Under the pieces are notes generated by a model, which saw only the letters and a list, made by a program, of their open reading frames with translations, was not told the origin of the DNA and did no database searches. From the NCBI GenBank assembly GCA_965601925.1, contig OZ271854.1, forward strand, positions 768,001-832,000: a stretch of DNA of 64,000 nt, given 5' to 3'. Positions within the stretch are counted from its first letter, which is position 1. Each line of letters begins with the position of its first letter. A program made the translations under genes and the position numbers. This document shows positions 8,948-20,400 of this stretch, one piece after another. Origin of the DNA: Alkalispirochaeta sp. GTDB taxonomy: Bacteria; Spirochaetota; Spirochaetia; DSM-27196; Alkalispirochaetaceae.

Positions 8948-9883
8948 ATGGCGATCACATTTCGGACCGTGTTGGCCCTCCTCGCGGAAGTCCAACGAGA
9001 CGTGCGAAGGAGAACCGACCTCAAGACGCTCGCCGAACGCGCCTCTCGCACGCCGACTCATTTCCAACGCGTCTTTCGCGCGATGATCGGCGAGAGCGCC
9101 AAAACGATCGTCGCACGGACCGCGATGGAACGCGCCGCAGCGGCGCTCCTTACGACCGACGCGTCGATCCTGGAGGTGGCGTTGGACAGCGGGTTCGAGA
9201 GTCACGAGGGATTCACCCGCGCATTTCGACGCCATTTCGGACAAAGCCCGGCTCAGTACCGACGGCGCGGATTCCGCGGCGTCGGAAACGAGAAGCTCGC
9301 GGGAGACCGCGCCGTGCGGCATCGCGATATCGCGGGTGCCGTAGCGCCGTGTCTCGGCCTCTTCCGCACGTCGATTTCGAAACGAATTTCAAGGACTACC
9401 CACGACAGGAGGATCCTAATGGAATACACGATCGAAAAGAAACACATTCCCGAGACGCACGTCCTCGTTATGCGCAAACGCACGTCACCCGACGGTATCG
9501 CGGATACGCTGGCGGAGGTGCTGCCGCAGGTCTTCACATATGCGACCGGCAAGGGTGTGCCGCTCGCGGGTCCGCCCTTTTGTCGCTACCGCGACTGGAA
9601 CGCGAGTGGCGTCACCGTCGAGGCGGGGCTACCGGTGGGGGCACCGGCAGAGGGTGCGGGCGATATCGTCGGAGATACGATTCCGGCCGGAACCGTCGCC
9701 TCGACGATTCACATCGGCCCGTACGACACCCTCAACGAGGCGTATGCGGCGGTCGAAGCGTGGATGAAGAGACACACCCTGACGGCCGCCGACGATCCGC
9801 ACGAAGTCTACCTCACCGATCCGGGACAAGTGCCGGACCCCGCGCAGTGGCGGACTGAGATAGTGTGGCCGTTGGCGGAGTAG
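8948..9883 (+). CDS. AraC-family regulator with C-terminal GyrI-like effector domain
   Basis: SILEVALDSGFESHEGFTRAFRRHFGQSP; HIGPYDTL..AY, EVYLTDP, RTEIVWP. Confidence 0.9.
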   Translation: MAITFRTVLALLAEVQRDVRRRTDLKTLAERASRTPTHFQRVFRAMIGESAKTIVARTAMERAAAALLTTDASILEVALDSGFESHEGFTRAFRRHFGQSPAQYRRRGFRGVGNEKLAGDRAVRHRDIAGAVAPCLGLFRTSISKRISRTTHDRRILMEYTIEKKHIPETHVLVMRKRTSPDGIADTLAEVLPQVFTYATGKGVPLAGPPFCRYRDWNASGVTVEAGLPVGAPAEGAGDIVGDTIPAGTVASTIHIGPYDTLNEAYAAVEAWMKRHTLTAADDPHEVYLTDPGQVPDPAQWRTEIVWPLAE

Positions 9884-9979
9884 CGGCGGTGGGACCGACG
9901 CCATCATCCCGACCGACCCGCGAGAAGGTCGGCCGGCTGCGACCGATACGATAGGTCGCCGCATGGTGGACGTCTACTC

Positions 9980-11350
9980 TTAGGCCGCCTCGACGGGTCG
10001 GGCGTTCATCACGGTTCGCAACGTGGCGCGATACCACAGGTGCGCGACGAGTCCGGAGATGAGATTCGCGACGGCCAGTCCGAAGAAGATACCGGCGACG
10101 GCAAAGAAGCGCTCCCCTATCACGGCAAGAGGGATCGCCAGAGCGAACATGCGAATGAGCGACAGTGCGGCGGCGGGCATCGGCCTGCCGAGGGCGCTGA
10201 ACGCCGTATTGACGAGGAGCATAGTGCTTTGACCGGCGTAGGACGCGCCGACGATCAGGAGATACAGGACCGTTACGCGGGTGATGCCCGGCTCGCCCCT
10301 GTTGAAGAGCGCCGCGATGGGCTCGGCGGCAAAGAGAAAGAGCACCAATATCAACGCGCTCCACACGATCGAATAGAGCGTCGCGTACCGCATACCTTGT
10401 TGGGCGCGCTCCGGCTTTCCGGCGCCGATGTTCTGCCCGGTGAATGGGCCGATGACGGCGCCGAGCGCCATAACGAATGTGAGGGCGAACATCTCTATTC
10501 TCGAGGCCACTCCGTAGCCTGCAACCGCCTCGGGACCGTGTGAAGCGACCAGACGCGTCAAGACGCCGATCGAAACGGGGATGATTACGTTCGTCGCGGC
10601 GGCGGGAAGCCCGACGAAGAGTACGCGCCGCCACGAGTCCACTACCTCTTCGACCGTCGGAGCGGCGAGCGTTATCATCTTTTGCTTCACGGATAAGATG
10701 ACGAGCGAGACGACCAGGGTCGTCGCTCGCGCCAAAACGGTCGCAAAAGCGGCGCCGAAGAGACCCCACTCGGGGAACGGACCGATGCCGAAGATGAACA
10801 GCGGATCAAGCACGAGATTCACCAAGACGGCGACGAGCATGACCACCGACGGGGTGAGGGTGTCGCCGGTGGAGCGGATCGCGTTATTCCCTACCATGGG
10901 AATGACGACGAACGGTACGCCGATGTACCACATAACCATGTACCGCCGGATGAGGGGTATCAGCCGGGTGTCGGCGCCCAGGGCGCGAAAGAGAGGATCG
11001 ATGGTGAGAATACCGACGACCACCACGACCGCTACGATCAGCACCGACAACACCAACGCGTCGGTCGTGAGACGTTGGACATCTCGCTTGTTACCCTGAC
11101 CGATCGCGCGCGAGACGACCGAAGAGGTTCCGATACCGAGTCCCAACGCGATGCTTTGGACGACAAGCACGACCGGAAACGTGAAACTCATCGCCGCAAG
11201 CTCGTCGCCGCCCAACCTGCCGACAAAGTACGTGTCGACGAGGTTGAACATCACCATGCCGAGCATACCGAGGATCATGAATCCGGTGAGGGTGAGGATC
11301 GTCGGGCCGATGGAACCGGCAACGAACCGGTCGCGCCGCGGTTGTGTCAT
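9980..11350 (-). CDS. MATE family efflux transporter
   Basis: NLVDTYFVGRLG, NLVLDPLFIFG, GAAFATV. Confidence 0.92.
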   Translation of the reverse strand: MTQPRRDRFVAGSIGPTILTLTGFMILGMLGMVMFNLVDTYFVGRLGGDELAAMSFTFPVVLVVQSIALGLGIGTSSVVSRAIGQGNKRDVQRLTTDALVLSVLIVAVVVVVGILTIDPLFRALGADTRLIPLIRRYMVMWYIGVPFVVIPMVGNNAIRSTGDTLTPSVVMLVAVLVNLVLDPLFIFGIGPFPEWGLFGAAFATVLARATTLVVSLVILSVKQKMITLAAPTVEEVVDSWRRVLFVGLPAAATNVIIPVSIGVLTRLVASHGPEAVAGYGVASRIEMFALTFVMALGAVIGPFTGQNIGAGKPERAQQGMRYATLYSIVWSALILVLFLFAAEPIAALFNRGEPGITRVTVLYLLIVGASYAGQSTMLLVNTAFSALGRPMPAAALSLIRMFALAIPLAVIGERFFAVAGIFFGLAVANLISGLVAHLWYRATLRTVMNARPVEAA

Positions 11351-11360
11351 GGGATCTCCT

Positions 11361-11801
11361 TTACAGTAATGCGACGATATGCGCGTGAATCGTTTCTACG
11401 ATCCGTTTGGCGTCGGCTTGTTCCTCCGGAGAGAGCGCCCGGGCGATGGAGTCCTCAAGCTCGCGTCGAAACCGGCGTATTGCCGGCAGCAACCGGTCGG
11501 CCGCCTCGGTCGTGTGTAACCGGCTTACTCGTGCATCGGCGACATCCCGCACGCGACGCACCAGCCCGGCGCGCTCCATACGCCGAATCATCTTGGCGAC
11601 GGTAGGCTGCCGAACGCCCGCCACTTCCGCGAGCTGCACTTGGGTCATACCGGGCGTCTCGTGCAAGCGCTGGATGATCGTGTGTTGACCGGGATGGAGT
11701 CCGAGGCGCGCCAACCGCTCGGAAGCAAGATGCCGCATATCGCGACACAGCATCGCAAGAGCAAAACTTAAGCTTTCGTCCCACGCTTCGGTATCGTCCA
11801 T
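11361..11801 (-). CDS. MarR family regulator
   Basis: GMTQVQLAE...PTVAKMIRRMERAGLVRR..D..DAR. Confidence 0.92.
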   Translation of the reverse strand: MDDTEAWDESLSFALAMLCRDMRHLASERLARLGLHPGQHTIIQRLHETPGMTQVQLAEVAGVRQPTVAKMIRRMERAGLVRRVRDVADARVSRLHTTEAADRLLPAIRRFRRELEDSIARALSPEEQADAKRIVETIHAHIVALL

Positions 11802-11810
11802 ACAGTCGCC

Positions 11811-11856
11811 ATTATATAGCCGGCTATATAATAGTTACCCGTAACCGCCACGTCAA
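11811..11856 (-). promoter_or_regulatory. Promoter TTGACG-N17-TATTAT overlapped by perfect 22-bp MarR-type operator ATTATATAGCCGGCTATATAAT
   Basis: Palindrome at 11811-11832; -35 at 11856-11851; -10 at 11833-11828. Confidence 0.75.
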
Positions 11857-11940
11857 ACACGTCGTACTCCTCTGCCGCCGTGGGTGGTGATAAACGCAGC
11901 GGTGTTCCACGGCGCGAACGGTTCACCCGGTTCGACGCCC

Positions 11941-13407
11941 CTACGGAATGAAGTTCATCGCATGGACGCCGCGAACCACCGGCAGCCGGACGGCCGTGCG
12001 CTCCAGACGCGGCCGGCTCCCGTCGCGCGCTACGTTCCAGAACTCGATAGCACCGGGCCCCATGGGATCTTCGTGGTCGTTGTAGATCACGACCGCCAAG
12101 GAATCTCCGTCGGCGTCAAACATCGCCGCCTCCGGTAGAGCGCCCTCGAACCCGTACTCGTCGGTCACCCACGTCAGCTCACCGGTATCGCGATCGAAGG
12201 TCAAGAGAGACAGTGAGTTCATCCGCGCTCCGGGCCAGAACGAGAGGACGTCAGGGAGGTAGGTACGTCCCATGTTAACGGTCACGACGAGGTCCTCGGC
12301 TGCGTTTACGGCGAAGCTCTCCGCACTCTGACCGACGGGAATCCGCGAGACCAACTCGTGCGCCGCCGCATCGCTCCGGTCGAAGCGGATGGACCACATC
12401 TCGCTGGGCGGATTAATGAGATTTCTCAGAGGCGGCGGAAATCGGTCCCAGTTGATCTCGGCGGTGAGGTAAAACCGTCCGTCGGCGGTAAATTGGCCGT
12501 AGGTGACGGTATATCCGCCGGTAATACGCTCGCCGTGAGGTTCTATCGATATCCCCTCCTCGCCGTTGCGACGTACCCGGTAGAACAGAACCTCCCCTGC
12601 GTTGATCCCGACGGCGAGGAAGTCGCCGGACGGATGCCAAAAGACCGAACTCACCTCTCGGGCCGGCTCGCCGGCCGCGTCGAAAACGGGGAAAAAGCTG
12701 AACGTCGCGGGGTCGTCGAGCGTCGCAGTCGGCAACACGGCCAACTGGCGGCCTACCTCCGTACCGCCGACCGCGAGATACGCTCCGTCGGAGCTCACGG
12801 CGATGTGCGATACCCCGTCCGCAACCTCCACGGTCATAACGTCGGCCGCCTCAACACCGGCGCCGATATCGACGACCGTCAGCGTCCGCCCCGGTGGGAA
12901 CTGATCGATCGGAAGCACCTCCACCGCGTCGTCGATTCGTCCCGCCGTCTCCACCACGTAGATCGTCTCACCGTTCGGGGAAACGGCGATGATCTGCGGC
13001 CACGATGTTACCGAGTTGGACGCCGGTATCTGCGCTACGCGAGCATTTGTATCGACAAGGGGCAGCTCGATCACCGAGAGGGTGTCCTCGTCGCCGGGAA
13101 CCTGGCGTAGCAGACCGTCGGCGTACGCCGCCGCGATCATGTCCGCGTCCGACGCGGCGAGAAGATAGCGCCCGTCAAATCGAGTCGTCTCGGCGATAAC
13201 GGGAGCCGAGGAAGCACGCCGAAGATTGACCGCCGCAACGGCAACGGTGCTGACGAAAACGAGCAACACAACGACGACGAGCCCCGCCGGCACGGCGAGG
13301 ATGATCAGCAATCGGCGGCGAGCCGTCCACTTCTTCGGTGTCGATTCTACGGAATAGTGATCCACGATGGTCCTCCACAAACGTAATGGTACCGGCAGTG
13401 TACGCAT
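11941..13407 (-). CDS. Membrane-anchored beta-propeller (lactonase-like) protein; start uncertain
   Basis: N-terminal TM helix; propeller blade repeats AVSPNG, AVSSDGAYLAV, WHPSGDFLAV, FTADGRFYL, FDADGDSLAV. Confidence 0.7.
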   Translation of the reverse strand: MRTLPVPLRLWRTIVDHYSVESTPKKWTARRRLLIILAVPAGLVVVVLLVFVSTVAVAAVNLRRASSAPVIAETTRFDGRYLLAASDADMIAAAYADGLLRQVPGDEDTLSVIELPLVDTNARVAQIPASNSVTSWPQIIAVSPNGETIYVVETAGRIDDAVEVLPIDQFPPGRTLTVVDIGAGVEAADVMTVEVADGVSHIAVSSDGAYLAVGGTEVGRQLAVLPTATLDDPATFSFFPVFDAAGEPAREVSSVFWHPSGDFLAVGINAGEVLFYRVRRNGEEGISIEPHGERITGGYTVTYGQFTADGRFYLTAEINWDRFPPPLRNLINPPSEMWSIRFDRSDAAAHELVSRIPVGQSAESFAVNAAEDLVVTVNMGRTYLPDVLSFWPGARMNSLSLLTFDRDTGELTWVTDEYGFEGALPEAAMFDADGDSLAVVIYNDHEDPMGPGAIEFWNVARDGSRPRLERTAVRLPVVRGVHAMNFIP

Positions 13408-13576
13408 CGCTCGTACATGTCGGCCTCCGCCGGAGTATAGATTTTGCCGCCCGCCGGGATGACGGCGGTGTGCTACGATCGCCGTATATCGCACGGCGCA
13501 TAGACGTTCTATCGCAGGACGCATGACGCGGCGTGATGATGCGTGTTACGTTCCAGTCGGTCGCCGGTGAGTACCA

Positions 13577-14836
13577 ATGAAGAAAAACCGAGTATCCGTC
13601 GATGCTCCGACGTACGCTGCGGAGTCGGCCTCCGGCAGGCTTCGACTCACGACATCGGGAAGCATTACCGCGCTGTTGGGGATCGTGTGTGTAGCCGCCC
13701 TCCTCTTGAACGCTGTCGGTTCCCACGAGGCGGTGCGCCTCAGAGATCCGATCCTCGCATCGTTGGCAGTAATCGTGCTTCTGATCCTCGATCGATTCGT
13801 CGAAGGTCGCTACGGCGCTCGTCCCTCACGTACCGTCGGAGCGATTGCGGTGGCGGCACACGCGCTACTGGTGGAGGCGGTCACGTGGACCGACGGCCTG
13901 ACCTATACGCTCGTTCTCTATCTGACGCTCCCGTTTCCCGCTTTTTTTCTGCTCGGCAAGCGCGTAGGTATCGCGATGAGCGCCGGTCTATTCTCGTGGT
14001 TCACCCTAAAGTTCGCGCTCTTCAAGCCCGGTTGGATGAGCGATCCGGCGACGATGAACACGTACCTCCTCTTTTGTATCTGTCTGGCCGTCATCACCGC
14101 AATGGCGCTCGTCGTCCGCCGAGAGCGACGGCATCGAATGCGGACCGAGGAGTTGTTGCGCGAGCTCGAGGCGTCCCATACAACACTTGAACAGTATGCG
14201 GGCCGAGTCGCCGAGCTGGCAAAGACAGAAGAACGCAACCGTTTAGCGAGGGACATACACGACAGCATCGGGCATTATCTCACCGTGGTCGGTGTCCAGC
14301 TGGAGAAGGCGCTCGCCGTCGCCGCGGAGAGCCCGGACGAGGCGCTTGAGGCGATTCGGACCGCGAAGCGGCTCAATGACATTGCGTTAACCGATGTTCG
14401 CCGCTCGGTCGGCACCCTCCGCACGAGCGCTGCACCGTTCAAGCTGCGCCCCGCCCTGGAGACGCTGATCGCGGATCTGGAGGGGCTTCCGTTTCGCGCG
14501 GAGTTGGAGTTCGACGGCGACGAAAACCGTCTGTCGACGCAAGAGCTCATCGCGCTCTACCGTTCGGCACAGGAAGGGCTGACGAATGTCCAAAAGCACG
14601 CACGCGCCGACAACGTGCGCATCGCGGTGAAGGTAGGACAAGAGAGCGCAACGCTCTCGGTCGACGACGACGGGATCGGATTCTCTGCAACGGGGCGTGT
14701 GGGCGGCGGTTTCGGACTCCAGGGAGTACGCGAACGGTTGGAGACGCTCAGCGGTCGTCTCACGGTATCGAAGAGCGCTCTGGGCGGCATGCGGATGCAC
14801 GCCGTCATTCCGCGCATCAACCGATCCGGTACATGA
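13577..14836 (+). CDS. HisKA_3 sensor histidine kinase
   Basis: EERNRLARDIHDSIGH, QEGLTNVQKHA, DDGIGF, GFGLQGVRER. Confidence 0.93.
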   Translation: MKKNRVSVDAPTYAAESASGRLRLTTSGSITALLGIVCVAALLLNAVGSHEAVRLRDPILASLAVIVLLILDRFVEGRYGARPSRTVGAIAVAAHALLVEAVTWTDGLTYTLVLYLTLPFPAFFLLGKRVGIAMSAGLFSWFTLKFALFKPGWMSDPATMNTYLLFCICLAVITAMALVVRRERRHRMRTEELLRELEASHTTLEQYAGRVAELAKTEERNRLARDIHDSIGHYLTVVGVQLEKALAVAAESPDEALEAIRTAKRLNDIALTDVRRSVGTLRTSAAPFKLRPALETLIADLEGLPFRAELEFDGDENRLSTQELIALYRSAQEGLTNVQKHARADNVRIAVKVGQESATLSVDDDGIGFSATGRVGGGFGLQGVRERLETLSGRLTVSKSALGGMRMHAVIPRINRSGT

Positions 14837-14851
14837 AGGAGGCGAGTCGGA

Positions 14852-15529
14852 ATGGAAGAACACAACGACATTCGCGTGATGGTGGTCGATGATCAAGAGT
14901 TAATGCGTGACGGCCTCATTGCCGTGCTTCAGCGCCAATCGGGAATCGCGGTGGTCGCGTCGGCCGCCGACGGAAAAGAGGCGCTCCAGCGGGCCCAGGA
15001 GGCGCAGCCGGACGTCGTGCTGATGGACGTCAGAATGCCGGTCATGGACGGTGTGCGGGCCGCCGCCGAGTTTCGCGAGCGTATGCCCCACATCGGTATT
15101 CTCATGCTCACCACCTTCGATGACGAAACCTACGTTGTGGAGGCGTTGCGCGCCGGAGCGGTGGGATACATTCTCAAAAACATTCCCGCAAGCGATCTGG
15201 CCGATGCGATACGCATGGCGCACAAACGCATCGTGCAGCTCGATGAGGCGGCGGCCCAGCGTGTGGTTGACGCGCTCGTATCCAAACGAGTCGAGGAGAG
15301 ACGCCCATCAATGCCGACCGGGGCGGCGGAAAGTTTGACCAAACGCGAGCAAGAAGTCATGCATCTGGTCGCCGAAGGGGAAAATAACCGCGAGATCGCC
15401 GAGCAGCTGTTCATCTCCGAGGGTACCGTTAAGAGCCACATCTCGAGCATCCTCGGCCGTCTCGGGTTGCGAGACCGTACGCAAATCGCGGTGTTCATGT
15501 ATAGAAACGGGTCTCGCACCGAAGAATGA
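14852..15529 (+). CDS. NarL/LuxR family response regulator
   Basis: VVDD, DVRMPVMDG, LTKREQEV...NREIAEQLFISEGTVKSH. Confidence 0.95.
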   Translation: MEEHNDIRVMVVDDQELMRDGLIAVLQRQSGIAVVASAADGKEALQRAQEAQPDVVLMDVRMPVMDGVRAAAEFRERMPHIGILMLTTFDDETYVVEALRAGAVGYILKNIPASDLADAIRMAHKRIVQLDEAAAQRVVDALVSKRVEERRPSMPTGAAESLTKREQEVMHLVAEGENNREIAEQLFISEGTVKSHISSILGRLGLRDRTQIAVFMYRNGSRTEE

Positions 15530-15720
15530 GACGCGTCGCACGCGGCTATGGGCTCCGCCGCCCTGCCGGGACGCCGCGAGTCGCATCGGTCGGTGCATTG
15601 CCGCGACGCGTGCCCCAGGTCGCCCGAGTAGCCTCATCCGTATCGAGTCTGGTCATCACACCTTCCACATGATTTTCGAACATCGCCCGTGCTAAGCTCG
15701 ACCCTGAGGAACGCGAAGCA

Positions 15721-16446
15721 TTGGATATCTTCATCTTTCGCCACGCACAGGGTCACAACAACCTTCCGGTCTCGTCGCTCCCGCTCTCCGCCGACGAGAT
15801 ACGACACCGTTTGGACGCACCGCTTACCGAACGCGGGCACGAGCAGGCGCGTCATCTCGCCGACTACGTATCCGCACGATGGAGCGAGGAGGAGTACGGC
15901 GAATACGGCCGCGTATCGTTTTGGTTCTCTCGCCTCTATGCGTCGCCCATGCACAGAACCGCCGACACCGCTAATGCACTCTCACGAAAGCTCGGTATCC
16001 CGATAACGTTCGAGCCGCTAATCCACGAGTGCGGCGGGCTCTCACATCGCGAGGAGGACGGTACGGTCATTACCGTGCCGGGACTATCGCGATCGTTCTA
16101 CCGGAAGCACTACGAAGACGCGGTGATTCCCGATGAGATTACCGAGGACGGCTGGTGGAAGACCGAGCGTCCCGAGACGTCGGCCGACTGGGACGAACGG
16201 GCGCGCGTGTGGTTGCTCAAGGCGAAGGAACTTCACGGCGGTGAGGACGAGAGCATCGCGATCGTCACCCACCAGGGGTTCTTTCAAGCCCTTATGCGAC
16301 GCCTGTTGGATGCCGTGGGCGAACCGCTGTGGTTCACCATGCTGAACACCGGCGCGACTCGCGTGCATTTGGGGCCCGACGGTCAGACGGTCTTCCGCTT
16401 TGTAAATCATCTCTCTCACTTGCCGAACGACCTCATAACCGGATGA
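15721..16446 (+). CDS. Histidine phosphatase family protein
   Basis: RHAQ (RHG-like), LTERG..QA, SPMHR, VTHQG. Confidence 0.85.
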   Translation: MDIFIFRHAQGHNNLPVSSLPLSADEIRHRLDAPLTERGHEQARHLADYVSARWSEEEYGEYGRVSFWFSRLYASPMHRTADTANALSRKLGIPITFEPLIHECGGLSHREEDGTVITVPGLSRSFYRKHYEDAVIPDEITEDGWWKTERPETSADWDERARVWLLKAKELHGGEDESIAIVTHQGFFQALMRRLLDAVGEPLWFTMLNTGATRVHLGPDGQTVFRFVNHLSHLPNDLITG

Positions 16447-16560
16447 TCGGGGAGCCTCGGTAACGCCGTCACCTCCGAGGTGGCGTGCCGGCACGGCAGC
16501 GTGGGAGGGAGACGCCCGGGCCCGCTGTCATCACCCCGAGAATAGCGGCATAATGCGGTT

Positions 16561-17478
16561 GTGGAACGGTTTCAACGCATAGCGATACCCGAGGGCGAGT
16601 CACCTCTCACAAAGCATATCGATCGATTTCAGCGATACTCCGAGCAGCCGATTGCGGTCTACCAGGATAATGCGGACTCCGAGGCCGAGCTGGCGCGCCG
16701 CATCGGCGAGGCGGACTGCGTACTGATCGGATGGGGTTCAAGACTGTCGCGAGAGACGATCCTGGCGTGTAGTCGTCTTTCGTACATCGGTTTGGCCGCG
16801 ACGTTATTTTCCGGCCCCGGATCAAACATCGATCTGGAGACGGCTCGAGAGCGCGGCATTGCAGTTTCGGGCGTCTCGGACTATGGAGATATCGGCGTCG
16901 TCGAGTTCGTCCTGTGCGAGATCATACGGCACATTAAGTACGGAGCGGAGAACACGGAACTCGGCAGTCACTGCGTGGGTATCGTCGGCGCAGGTGCGAC
17001 CGGCTCGAAGGTGGCACACGCGCTACATAGCCTGGGTGCCGACACCCGCTATTTCAGCCGTAGCCGCAAGCCGGATTTGGAGCGTCTGGGCGTGCGATCG
17101 ATGCCGCTCGCGGAGTTGCTGCGCAATGCCGACGTCGTCTCCCTCCATCTCCCGCGAAACACGCATCTTTTGACGGAACGAGAGATGCGCGTCTGGACGG
17201 GGCACAAGCTCTTGATCAACACATCTCTGGGCTTACCCGTCGAGCGCTCGGCAATGGTGAGGTGGTTACAGGATCCCACCAATAGATTCGTCGCCGACGC
17301 CGACGGGGCGGTGGGCATACGCGATATCGCTGCCCACCGAGATAATGCGTTCTTATACGAACACTACGCGGGACTCACCAGCGAGGCGCAGGGGCGCCTG
17401 ATCGATAAGGTGGAGCAGAACATCACGCAGTTTCTACGAGACGCGGCGTCTCATCCCCGCCCGAATAGATCCAGCTGA
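16561..17478 (+). CDS. D-isomer 2-hydroxyacid dehydrogenase-like NAD-binding protein
   Basis: NIDLETARERGI.V, GIVGAGATG, DVVSLHLP. Confidence 0.8.
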   Translation: MERFQRIAIPEGESPLTKHIDRFQRYSEQPIAVYQDNADSEAELARRIGEADCVLIGWGSRLSRETILACSRLSYIGLAATLFSGPGSNIDLETARERGIAVSGVSDYGDIGVVEFVLCEIIRHIKYGAENTELGSHCVGIVGAGATGSKVAHALHSLGADTRYFSRSRKPDLERLGVRSMPLAELLRNADVVSLHLPRNTHLLTEREMRVWTGHKLLINTSLGLPVERSAMVRWLQDPTNRFVADADGAVGIRDIAAHRDNAFLYEHYAGLTSEAQGRLIDKVEQNITQFLRDAASHPRPNRSS

Positions 17479-20400
17479 CTCTCGGGCGCCTTGGGTGGCC
17501 GCGCCGGCTCCGGTTGGAGGCGATCAAGCAGGTCCCGTTCTATGTCGTCTAAGAAGGGACTCCGCGCGTTGGTGTACTCCCGCCCGAAGAGGACTCGACG
17601 CGTCGCGTTGGTGAGGTAGAGATATCGCTTTGCGCGGGTCATCGCAACGTATAAGAGCCGACGCTCCTCCTCAATATCGGTCCGGTCGCGAAAGAGCGTG
17701 TACGGGAGGAGTCCGTCCTCGCAGCCGACGACGAACACGGCGGCAAACTCCAACCCCTTGGCGGCGTGCAACGTCATGAGCGTCACCTTCTCACCGGCGC
17801 GCTCGTATCGATCGAGATCGCTTCCGATATCGATGGATCGCAAAAAGCGGTCGTGATCACCACCGAAGCGATCGGCAACGCTGAGGAGTTCCCGGATCTC
17901 TGCGTCATCCGACTCCTTCCCGACGATCGGGTACTCCGCACGCAAGACCGACAACGCCTTGGTCACCGATATCTCCTCGAGGCGACGGCCGCCGGTACCG
18001 AAGAGCTTGCGATTCGGTTCGATCCCCTCGCGGGCAAGACGCAACGCGACGACGCGGTTACGGGGGTTGCGATAATGTGTAAGAAGAGTGATGAGACGGC
18101 TCGCACCGCCTGATCGAAATCGCGGTCCGGTGTCGATGCGTTGATACGGTACGTGGTGGTCCAAAAGCGCCTTTTCGATCGTCGACATTTGGCGCCGCGT
18201 GCGACAGAGTACGGCAAAATCGGAGAGACTCTCGATTCCGTTGGCGGCGTCGCCGGCGGCAACCTCCGAGTCCATGGAGAAAAACTGCAACCCGCCTAAC
18301 AGGTCCTCGATCGTGCGGGCAACGAACTCAGCCTCGCTCCGGTCGGTGCGCGCCTCCACGATCCGGACATTGACGCCCGTAGCGACGCCCTCAAGGCCGT
18401 TCTCCGATTCAACGTCGAGAACTTGGGTGGAGGCGTTCAGAATGCGAGCGGAACAGCGGTAACTCGTGGTCAGGTGATGCACCCGCGCATCGGGATAGTC
18501 GGTTTGAAATTCGCGGATATACCGTACCATCGCTCCCCGGAATCCGTAGATCGCTTGGTTAGGGTCGCCGATGACGCAGAGGTTGGCGTCGTGTTCCGGC
18601 GCCAGGGTACGGAGAAGGCGATACTGTGCCTTGTTTACATCTTGGTACTCGTCGACCAATATCCATCGCACGCGTTCGCGATAGCGCCGCCGAAACGCCG
18701 AGTCGTTCTCGAGTCTGAGGATCGGCAGTCGAAGGAGATCCTCCAGATCAAACGCGTTGATTTCGCGCAGTAGCTGCTCGTAGGCGTCAAAGAGCTCGGC
18801 GAAGAGTGTATCGTCATACGCGATGTCCTCAGCGGACGCAAGCTCTTCCTTCGCGGTCCCGATACGATTCGACAGCGCCGAACGTTCACGCGATGAGGTG
18901 TGTGTACCGATCGACGGCACCTCACGCAGCAACTCGGCCCGCTCCGTAGCGTTAATTATGGAGAAGGTCGCATCTCTCCCGAGTTCCGACGCACATTCCC
19001 GCAGAATCGAGAGCCCGAAGGCGTGGAAGGTCGCGATCGTCGGCTCGGTACGCTCCGACGGGGCGGCCCGATCGGCCAGGAGTGCCCGGAGCCGTTCGCG
19101 CATCTCGGTCGCCGCTTTGTTGGTAAAGGTGAGAGCCAGAATTGAGGCGGGGTGAACGCCGGCCTCGATGAGGTGGGCGACGCGGGTGGTCAACGTCTTG
19201 GTCTTGCCGGTTCCCGGCCCCGCGAGGATCAAGGCGGGTCCGTTATAGTCCGTAACCGCTTCGCGCTGGGCCGCATTCAGCCCCTCCGTAAGACTCGTCG
19301 GGACGCCTTCTGCCGCCGCTCCGTCGCGGGAGTCGGCCTCCTCGCCCGCGGCGGCTCGGTCGATTGGCTCGCGTGCCGTCGGCGCGGGTGTCTCCGCCGG
19401 GCCGGCGTCCGCCGCGGCGTCTACGGACGTCGGAGGCTCTTCCCGGTCGTCCATTCCCGTCTTGAGCGCGTGCAACGCCGAGAGATCGAACTCTACCAAC
19501 GCTAAGGGAGCCGGCGGCGGAACGCGCGCGATATCGGCGAAGAGCGAATCCTGGTCGCGACTCGACGGCCGCTCTCCTTTCGCAAATACGCGAACACGCC
19601 CGTACTCGCCGTCGTATCCCTCATCGACGACGACCTCCCGTCGCCGAACGCGACGTATCGCCTCGGCAAAGTGCTCGCCGCCTATCGCCTCGCACCGAGA
19701 TGCGTCGGCTTCCCGCAGAATGGAAAGCTCGCTACCCCCCTTCGTGAGGATCGCCTGATACGCTTGGGCCACGCGTTTTGATGCGGGCCCGACGCCGAGG
19801 AGTTCCGAGAGTATCTCCTTTAAGGGTACGAGAGGGTAAAACGGTGTCTTATGCGATCGCCCGTCGACGGAATCGCGGTCGGCAAGCTCCGCAACGCGGC
19901 TGAGCACCCCCTGCGTCACCGGCTTACCGCACACCGAACAGATGCCGCCGTGGCGAATCGTCTCCACCGGGTCCCATCGAATATTGCACTTTCGGTGGCC
20001 GTCGAAGTGATACTTCCCTTCCTGAGGAAAGAACTCGATCGTTCCCAGAAAGCCGGCATTCTCACCACGTCTCATCGCCTCGACGATTCCCGCGTACGAA
20101 CGCTCGGTGTCGAAGAGATTGGCCTCGCGCCCCAGTTTCTCCGGGGAGTGGGCGTCGGAGTTGGAGACCAGCGTAAAGCGGTCCAGCACACTGCACATCC
20201 AGTTCATCGGGGGGTCGGACGAGAGCCCCGTTTCCACGGCGTGAATGTGGTGCGAGAGGTCGCGAAAACACTCCTCCACGGAGTCGAAACCCGACTTCGA
20301 TCCGAGGGTGGAGAACCAGGGAGTCCAGACGTGAGCGGGAATGAAGAAGATATCCGGTGAGGCCTCCAACACGATTTCCAGAAGATCGCGCGAATCGAGC

